DNA of 32,000 bases from Rotaria sordida (taxonomy: Eukaryota): assembly GCA_905250875.1 (NCBI GenBank), contig CAJNOO010000491.1, positions 23,497 to 55,496 on the forward strand, in the 5' to 3' direction. A model generated the notes under the pieces. That model was not told the origin of the DNA and made no database searches. It saw only the letters and a list, made by a program, of their open reading frames with translations. The translations under genes were made by a program, and so were the position numbers. Below are positions 1 to 32,000 of this stretch, one piece after another (positions within the stretch are counted from its first letter, which is position 1; each line of letters begins with the position of its first letter).

Positions 1-871
1 GAGAGAGAACAAAAGCAGCAGCTCGTATCCTGCCTGTACATCGTATCATCTTACTCGTTCTTTTTCTCTTTCTACTTGTATATTACCAATCCAAATATAT
101 CTCTTCTTTATTTTCTCTGCACTGATATTCATTCAGTGAAAAAAATAGCGTAGCTGCTAAACTATTTTCAACATATAATTTGGTTGTTTGATGTTTGTTA
201 GGTGTCAATCAACCTCAGACCCTTTATTTTGACGACAAACACTTTCAATAAGTTGCCTACAGTTTTTCTTTTTACAATATTAAATCAAATGTTTCGATTA
301 TATTAATTGAGCAGGAAAGAGAAAAATAAATAAATAATAAAGTTGATCTATCTATATACTATTTCCTATAATAAAAATAGTCCAAGGACATACACATTCT
401 CTTGATATGTAGACCGATGACGTCTATCATAATGACAATACTGAAAATCAAGAGTCTCATTAGACAAGCAAGAAAATCTATCCTATCTGACATTGACTAA
501 AACAAGAAAAAAAAGATCGATGGAATCTATCAATATCCATCACGTATAAAGAAAAAAGAAAAGAAAAGAAGGGATCGATCATATTGAGAATAACACGTAT
601 ATATATAGTAAAGGCGATATCTTTACCGTTTGATGACGTTGAAAGATCTGTTCTATATAAGATGTTCTTTTAAGTAAGAATACAGATGGTTTGTGTTTTA
701 TAGAGAAAGTTATGTAATGGAAAAATGAATAAAGAAAAGTTCATTATACGCATATATATATATAATGAGTAAAAGATGACGGTCGCATAATCAATCATGA
801 AAGATATACTACCTTATGTATTATTCAATAAGAAAATAATTATTATAATTAAATATTCTTATGATACTTAC

Positions 872-25429
<24,558 letters not shown>

Positions 25430-25666
25430 TCTTTTCTTTCTGTTTCTTATTAATCCAACAATTTACTAACTAATTATCTATCAAAAATAAAAATAAAAGT
25501 AAATAATAAAAATAATATCAATAAAAAGAAAATATTAGCCATGCATGTTAGTTATATATGTATGTATATACATATATGTGTATACATATCGAGGAAAAGT
25601 ATCAAAGAAATAATCATAAAAAAATATTAGAGATAGTTGACGACAACCTAAGCCCAAATGAGAGGA

Positions 25667-25669
<3 letters not shown>

Positions 25670-25704
<35 letters not shown>
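25670..25704. repeat. (GA)n microsatellite, about 17 units, roughly 240 nt upstream of the twitchin ATG
   Basis: gagagagag... run read directly from the sequence. Confidence 0.95.
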
Positions 25705-25708
<4 letters not shown>

Positions 25709-25813
25709 CAAGACGAAGAAAACGATGTACTATTGTATACGGTAAAAAAATATCCCCTATGCCTGTATTAACGCGTTAGCCGGTGTTGATCATCTAAGTA
25801 TCTCCATATACAA

Positions 25814-25830
25814 ACACACACACACACACA
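25814..25830. repeat. (AC)n microsatellite
   Basis: acacacacacacacaca read directly. Confidence 0.9.
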
Positions 25831-26140
25831 TGAAGAAGAGGGGAAAAGAAGGGTGGTACACTCTAGTGCTAACTAAAAGAGCGGAAGATGATGACAAAAG
25901 TTCTTTTCTCTTTTTTCTCTTGTATATGATATCGGTTGCACTCTGATGTGGTTTTTTCTCCACATTCGTTTTTCTAGAAAGAACAGAAAAAATATTTCTT
26001 AATAGCTTGTAATGGACGATAAAGAGTTTGTATATAACCCGTGGGTAGAATCGTCAAACGAAAGTTCTTCTCTAAAAATTAGAGAATAACTATTACAAAA
26101 CAAAAAAAAGAAAGAAAGACTATTGATAAAATAATAACAC

Positions 26141-26158
26141 ATCCATCCATCCATCCAT
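26141..26158. repeat. (ATCC)4 tetranucleotide repeat
   Basis: atccatccatccatccat read directly. Confidence 0.9.
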
Positions 26159-26708
26159 TTATAACAATTATATAATTCGAACTAGAAAAAACAAAAGCGT
26201 ATTATAGTTATATGATCTGACCAAAAAACGAGCAATTGTTTTATGATAAACTCAAGCAATGTGATCGACATCAAGATGATGATAAAGACAAAAGAATGTT
26301 AATCGTCCCCGGACGCATACAAGCATAAATAATACAAAGCTTAATCGTCATGATAATGACCAGTATATACATCAATATCTATCAATCATGCCATATTTCA
26401 CGATTGAAAAAAAACACAAAACATTGTTCTCGATTTTATTTGATAAGCAAGCATTTCAGAATATATAACTTTCTTTTTTTTTTTCAACATGCAAATAATT
26501 TTTCATTTTTAGATTTATACCAATGTATCTTACTCATACAAATACATATATATATGCACTTGCCATCTATATCTTAACAAACCTTTAAGAAAACTAAGTT
26601 GATTAGGGTGGTGTAAAACAAACTGCAGTACAACAATGAAAGCTGCATTTATTTTCTTCGTTTTCTCCTACATAAAAAAAACGAGATGTATGTCTATTAA
26701 TAGATGCA

Positions 26709-26731
26709 ATATATATATATATATATATATA
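26709..26731. repeat. (AT)n microsatellite; a second imperfect AT/ATAC run lies at about 26774-26807
   Basis: atatatat... read directly. Confidence 0.9.
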
Positions 26732-26774
26732 CAAACGCAAACGCCACCATACGCTAGATGTTTCCTCACCCCAC

Positions 26775-26807
<33 letters not shown>

Positions 26808-27348
26808 CTATGAATGTGGGTGTCTGCAACTGATGTGGATAATCATACTAGTGCAAGCATAAGAAGGTTGCATATTAACGTTGTCTTCATCAATAGAATA
26901 CTGTCGTATGTATGGCGATGACGACATGATAATATTAGCAATAGATAGGAGATATCCTTATCAAAAAAATCTATAACATAAGATACAAGTAGAAAATAAT
27001 AGGAAAAAAACAATTTCACATGAAGTATTTTATTGATATAATCTATTGTATAACTATGAAAAAATAGACAATGATGATAGAAAACAAAAGTCCTAGATTC
27101 TAATAAAGAAAAAGACTCATTTATTTGTCAATCTTTTATATAACTAAAGAAAAAGACTAAAGTTCAGAACTATTCATAACAGATATATTCTTTATAATAT
27201 CATAAAATCAAGGTCAATAATAAACCATGACTTTTTACAGGTATGATTGACAACATTTTTTTTTCTTGTTATATATTGAACATTCATATACCTATATTTT
27301 ATATTATTCTAGAATTTGTACGGTATTTCTTTTTTCTTTTCTACACTA

Positions 27349-27373
27349 ACACACACACACACACACACACACA
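27349..27373. repeat. (AC)12 microsatellite
   Basis: acacacacacacacacacacacaca read directly. Confidence 0.95.
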
Positions 27374-27547
27374 TTGATACCATTAAATAATGACCTTCTG
27401 GAATTAATTTTCAAGTTTTTCTTTTAGACTAGTGACAGACTACATCAATTGTATAAACGAATAATAGGTGTACATATTGAGTTATCGATCACCCACACTT
27501 AAGAATGTCGTGCAAAAACAACAATGACAATCATAATTATCATCGAT

Positions 27548-27900
27548 TTATGTGTTTATTCTTCTGTTCTTCATTTTACAATGTCTATTACATATAGATA
27601 AAATATAAATAGTTAATGCATGAATTTTAAAATCACATTCATATATATAATAATATATACATAATGGTATACATATAAGTGTAATAAAAAATGGAAAAAT
27701 AAAAATAAAAATAATATTTAAATTATTATGTATTAATTTATGATCAATAGAATTTGATTTTATATTATTTTCTATTATATTGAAATATTTTCGATCGTTA
27801 TTTATACAAGATTTCATAAAACAATAATCAGATTGAATTGAAAATGAATCTATTAAACATTGACGATCAGATTTACAAGAACGTCTGCGTGCAATACGAC
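27548..27900 (-). CDS. Small TSR-domain membrane protein, exon 2 of 2 (end of TSR, hydrophobic segment, stop)
   Basis: Acceptor tatataatag. The frame joins to give WSKWSSCSVTCGIGRIARRRSCKSDRQCLIDSFSIQSDYCFMKSC, matching the TSR consensus WSxWSxCSxTCGxGxxxRxRxC. It then continues into ORF 27548-27817 with IIFIFIFPFFITLICIPLCIYYYIY and stop TAA. Total 228 aa. Confidence 0.7.
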
Positions 27901-28136
27901 CTATTATATAAAAAAAAAATTATAAATAGTAAAACTGAAAACAATGCGACAGTATCTGGTTAATCTTAATCTTTATATAATCTGACAGTAAAGATAGGTT
28001 TTATTTTGATTAATGAATGATATATTGACGGGTGATGAAATGTGACTGAATATAATCTCGATAAAGATTCATTGTCTTTTTATTCTTTGTGTTTTTTTAT
28101 TTCTATTGTAATTTCATAATATCAATTTATTCTTAC

Positions 28137-28470
28137 CAATTCCACAAGTAACTGAACATGAACTCCATTTTGACCATTGTTGCCAATTATCGATTTGAAT
28201 ACATGTTTCTGAATTAATAAAACATTTAATAAGATTATCTAAGATTTTTTGTAAACTATTATCATTAATTATATTTGTATAAGTTCGTAATATTTGATCA
28301 TTTTTACATTTATCAAGTTCTTTACTACACAAACGAATAAGTATTTGTTTTATAATTGGATATCGCCATAATGTTTGTAAGATTAATTCAAAATAATATC
28401 GATCTTCATTATTATACGCATATACATAGACAATAAATAGTAATCCAACAATTACAAATGTGTAATACAT
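28137..28470 (-). CDS. Small TSR-domain membrane protein, exon 1 of 2 (hydrophobic N-terminus, Cys-containing region, start of thrombospondin type-1 repeat)
   Basis: ORF 28114-28470: MYYTFVIVGLLFIVYVYA (signal-peptide-like) ...CSKELDKC...CFINSETC..WQQWSKWSSCSVTCGIG. Donor GTAAGA at 28131-28136. Confidence 0.75.
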
Positions 28471-29393
28471 TATATATTCATTTCATATAACAAAAAAAAA
28501 GGAAAGAAAACCCGCTAAAATATCTTGTTAATAAACAAAAACATTATTTTAATTCATTAACCATTTAAACAATGAGTTTGACCTATTTCACAGACAAATT
28601 TTTGACATTCATAATACAATCTAAGTTATTCAATTCAATATATATTTATATTATTTCCATAATATTCTTTGTTTATCTTTTGCTATTTACTCTATTAAGT
28701 AATATATCTTGTCGATCAATATTTTTGCTAAAGGCAATTACATTCTTAACATACTCATCCAATTGAGTAAGTCAAAAAAACAAAAAGATATGTATATTTC
28801 TCTTGTGATTTCAGCATGTACCAAATAGATTTGTCTATGTATAATCATTTATATTTTCATACCGAACAGAATGTTATAAACTACATGAAATTTATTAATT
28901 TATTTTCCTCACCCCGAAAGAAAAAAAAAACGCAAATATTTATTATTTTATATAGACAATATAATAGACACAATACAAATATAATATATATATGTATATT
29001 AATAATAATGCTTTGATAAAATATCAAGGTAAAGGCGCGCACATATACATTAAAAACTTATCAGTCTAACCGACAAAAAAAAAAAAAACGAAAAAAAAAA
29101 CCAGACTAGATTAAATATCAAGACAACATATTTGCGTAAGTTTCTTTGATTTAAATACAAGCTAAAGTAAAATATCTGAATACTATGATGTCATAAATCG
29201 AGAAAAGAAAAAAAAAAGATGAAACTAGCTCTAATAAGATAAAATAATAGACAAAAGTCTAAAACATGCACAATCAAAAAAAAAATCACCACAGTACAAA
29301 AGCGCATAAACATACAGCGAAAGATTATTAAACATGACTATATATATATAGATATATATATATATATATATTAGAATATGATATATATTCTTG

Positions 29394-29476
29394 TCAACAT
29401 GGACATAGAACATTGAGAATGTATTTTGTTAAAAGCTCTGGCACTTGAGGACTATCCTCATTAATTGCATGTAGTA
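29394..29476 (-). CDS. unc-76: unc-76/FEZ terminal coding exon (stop TGA at 29394-29396)
   Basis: ILHAINEDSPQVPELLTKYILNVLCPC*. Acceptor tttttgtag. Confidence 0.85.
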
Positions 29477-32000
29477 CTACAAAAAAAAAAAAAATTTATT
29501 TTAATCAAACTAAATAATTCAATTTCTTAACTAACTTTTATTTAAACTTTGTAAATGTTCAACTGATAAATATGTTGGATGATCATGATCATATGGAATC
29601 ACCGTTGTAAGATACTAAAATTAAACAAAAAAGAAGAATTGAAATAATAGTAATTATCATTTTAAATCTTATAGACATTTAATTAAAAGCAGCAAATATA
29701 TAGCGTTTAAATATAGTGTTAAGCATATGAAACAACATGTATGGATAAATATGATATAAAGTGAGACTATTCGATGTGTATTTAGGTTAATATTGGTTAT
29801 GTAATCTACCTGAGTCTTTGGAAATAATTCATGCCAACTAATCGAAAAAATATCGAATACTGATCGATTACGACGGGATAATATCTAAACCAAATTTTGT
29901 TTTGTCATGGAATAAAATCATTTATATATGTTCGTTTGTTTTGTTTTTATTATTATTGAAAACTCTACAACTCAACTTGTGAAAGTGAAAGAAAAAAGAA
30001 AATGTCTATCAATTTTATTGTATGACAATAATAGACAATATCTAACCGATTATTCCCAGTGTTGCAACATTCTTAATATAACCTTATCAATCATCCGAGT
30101 AGACTACAATAATAATAATAATAATAATAATATAACTTGTTTTAACTATTGTTTATTATTTTCTATTTTTAGAATCATTATTTGTTTTGTCAAGGTCAAT
30201 TTTACCGACTGGATATATCCATTTATAGATATTCCAATCATTTGAAAAAAAAAATAAGAAAAACAATTTGACCTTGGACTAATTAACAAAACTTTCAGAG
30301 ATCTATGAAAGATTATATTTTCTTTACTAACATTAGTCAAGTTATGCATCTATTATGACAATTCTTTCGCATATCTTATGACAGACTATGTCTAACAATA
30401 TTCTATATTGGTAACTATCCATGAAGTCTTTCAATAATATATATTTGATGAATAGACATGGAATGTTATATTTTAATGCAAATAAGTTGTTAACATGCTG
30501 ATCAGAATGTAATTAATTCATATGAATTTCAAAAAACTATATATTCATTTAATTGATAAAAAAATTTTATATGAAAAAAAACCAATTTATATTATTTTTT
30601 TTCTCGATTAATCAATATCATCATGTAAATATGAACTCATAACCCCACTTCATTTCTATCCTAATCCAATTAATAATCACAGCGTTCGATAATATAGGAA
30701 AAAGGAAAGAAAAAAGTTTACTCAACAACTCATCTGTATAATAATAAATATTCATCAAACATTTTCTTTTTTTTTTTTTTTTTTTGTTGACATTTTCTCG
30801 AGGAAAAGAGAATTCCCAATACACATTAGTCGCACGTTCATACTAATCGTATCTACAAGAGCAATAATACAAACTATTTGATTCTATTAACCATTTTCAA
30901 TTATAAAAAGAGCGCAAAATAAAGAGAACATATAATATTTACCGTTCCCGGTTCAATATAATTGCTATTTCCTAGTATCGAACGACGTTTCGGACGTTTT
31001 TCACCCTGATGATGTCGACGTTTATTCTAAAAAAAAAAAAAGGAAATGTTGTTTTTTTTGTCCTAAGGAAAAATAAAAATAAAACATCATTTACTTGAAT
31101 ACTAAGTACAAGTGAAATAAATGTATTCTTTGTTTCTTTTTCATATTCAAGTTCATCTCGAACTGCTAATTCCTAATGAATAAAAAACAAATTAATCAAA
31201 AAAATTCTTTTTTTATGTATTTACTTGAACAAGAAAATTTGATAATTCTTTAACAGATGTATTTAATTCTTCATACAATTCATTCAATGAATAAATTGTT
31301 TGTGATTTTAAATCCATTTCATCATTATGTATACTTGATGATAAATATTTAACACATCTTGTACGTAAATCAAGTATATCAGATGTTGATTGATCATCAC
31401 AATAACCTGAATCAGGTGTCATATCTTGTAACATAAAATCAATTTCACTAATAACTTGTTCAGCTGTAAGAAATGGTTCATGATTTGATGAAATAATAAT
31501 TGAATGCATATCTAATTGTTCACGTAATTCTTCTTCTTCATCATCATTTAAATCATCAATTGATGTTATATCATCTTCATTTTTATTTGTTTTAATTGTT
31601 TGATAATAAATACTATTCATTGCTATTTGACAACTTTGTGATATATTTGGTAATTTTAAATCATGACGAAGTGATGTACGAAGATTTTCAATTAATTCTG
31701 ACCATGTACTAAAAAAAGAAAAAATGAAAGTAAAAATAAAAATAAATGAATAACAAAACAAACTTTGATGAAGCAATAAGATCTTTTTGTGATGTTTTAC
31801 ATTGTTTTTCTTCATCATTATCATTAAGTTCAATTACTTGTTCATCTTTAAAACAAGCATTTATTGTATGATCAAATGATTTTACGAGATCTTCAAGTGA
31901 TGATGATTTACACGAATGTTCACCTAAAGAAATATTTTATTCAAAAAAACAAAAACAAATTTTTCTTATTCAACTAACCAAGTGTTGGATTTAATAATGT
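29394..32000 (-). CDS. unc-76: Gene span (partial, 5' end beyond the window): FEZ / UNC-76 family (fasciculation and elongation protein zeta) homologue
   Basis: The spliced product contains SLEDLVKSFDHTINACF, EPFLTAEQVISEIDFMLQ, ELAVRDELEYEKETKNTFISLVLSIQ, YLTTVIPY and the C-terminal PELLTKYILNVLCPC*. Each is colinear with the vertebrate FEZ1 motifs as I recall them: MEDLVNEFDEKLNVCF, EPLLTADQVIEEIEEMMQ, QLARRDELEFEKEVKNSFITVLIEVQ, YLNTVIPY, PTLLTDYILKVLCPT*. Confidence 0.85.
29536..29614 (-). CDS. unc-76: unc-76/FEZ exon
   Basis: YLTTVIPYDHDHPTYLSVEHLQSLNK. Acceptor taattttag, donor GTTAGT. Confidence 0.82.
29810..29884 (-). CDS. unc-76: unc-76/FEZ exon
   Basis: ILSRRNRSVFDIFSISWHELFPKTQ. 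Acceptor ttggtttag, donor GTAGAT. Confidence 0.75.
30108..30131. repeat. (AAT)8 microsatellite in the long unc-76/FEZ intron
   Basis: aataataataataataataataat read directly. Confidence 0.9.
30943..31026 (-). CDS. unc-76: unc-76/FEZ exon
   Basis: NKRRHHQGEKRPKRRSILGNSNYIEPGT. Acceptor tttttttag, donor GTAAAT. Confidence 0.8.
31095..31172 (-). CDS. unc-76: unc-76/FEZ exon (coiled-coil core)
   Basis: ELAVRDELEYEKETKNTFISLVLSIQ. Acceptor ttcattag, donor GTAAAT. Confidence 0.85.
31225..31708 (-). CDS. unc-76: unc-76/FEZ exon (large central exon)
   Basis: NTWSELIENLRTSLRHDLKLPNISQSC...NDDEEEELREQLDMHSIIISSNHEPFLTAEQVISEIDFMLQDMTPDSGYCDD...SLNELYEELNTSVKELSNFLVQ (in-frame part of ORF 31213-31833). 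Acceptor ctttttttag, donor GTAAAT. Confidence 0.85.
31764..31923 (-). CDS. unc-76: unc-76/FEZ exon
   Basis: GEHSCKSSSLEDLVKSFDHTINACFKDEQVIELNDNDEEKQCKTSQKDLIASS. Acceptor tttctttag, donor GTTTGT. Confidence 0.8.
31979..32000 (-). CDS. unc-76: unc-76/FEZ exon (truncated by the window edge)
   Basis: ...TLLNPTL followed by donor GTTAGT at 31973-31978; phase fits the next exon. Confidence 0.5.

Noticed and set aside
25558-26833. Short ORFs in the twitchin upstream region (25558-25779, 26350-26577, 26603-26788, 26636-26833)
   Set aside because: They are driven by GA, AT and other simple repeats (ERERERER, IYIYIYI). They have no splice-connected structure or recognisable domains.
29928-30824. 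ORFs 29928-30245, 30146-30349 and 30621-30824 as exons or genes
   Set aside because: They lie in the 1,058-nt unc-76/FEZ intron and are low-complexity (poly-N from AAT repeats, poly-K from A-runs). The FEZ reading frame is complete without them.
31213-31833. ORF 31213-31833 as a single 206-aa exon starting at the ATG at 31833
   Set aside because: Residues FCYSFIFIFTFIFSFFS are a translated intron (31709-31763, GT..AG). The part upstream of it is in the wrong frame relative to the FEZ-like exon 31764-31923.

Overview
This is eukaryotic (metazoan) nuclear DNA, not a prokaryotic locus. It is strongly AT-rich, carries microsatellites, and its genes are split into many small exons by short GT-AG introns, mostly about 50-80 nt. 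All three recognisable genes are on the minus strand. (1) 872-25429 is a twitchin/projectin-class (unc-22-like) giant muscle protein gene. I threaded 67 phase-consistent exons by hand, totalling 12,313 coding nt (about 4,100 codons). They run from the ATG at 25429 (MAASAPRF...) through 11 N-terminal Ig domains with two disordered linkers, an Fn3/Ig core (15 Fn3 in total), the Ser/Thr kinase with its regulatory tail (about 1460-2639), and one post-kinase Ig. The last exon is still open at a GTAAGT donor, so the 3' end lies in 1-871 or left of the window. (2) 27548-28470 is a two-exon gene for a 228-aa protein with a hydrophobic N-terminus, one thrombospondin type-1 repeat and a C-terminal hydrophobic segment. 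(3) 29394-32000 is the 3' part of a FEZ/UNC-76 homologue (8 exons, 5' end beyond the window). I see no rRNA, no credible tRNA, no CRISPR array and no operon-like or defence-type system. The notable points are eukaryotic. The few long introns of the twitchin gene are largely filled by long imperfect inverted repeats (foldback or MITE-like hairpins, the largest about 1.4 kb). There is a coding 24-bp x6 tandem repeat (PTDKKDKx octapeptides) in an inter-Ig linker, and a neighbouring linker exon has four RRxS motifs. All exon coordinates come from manual translation and splice-site reading and need transcript confirmation.
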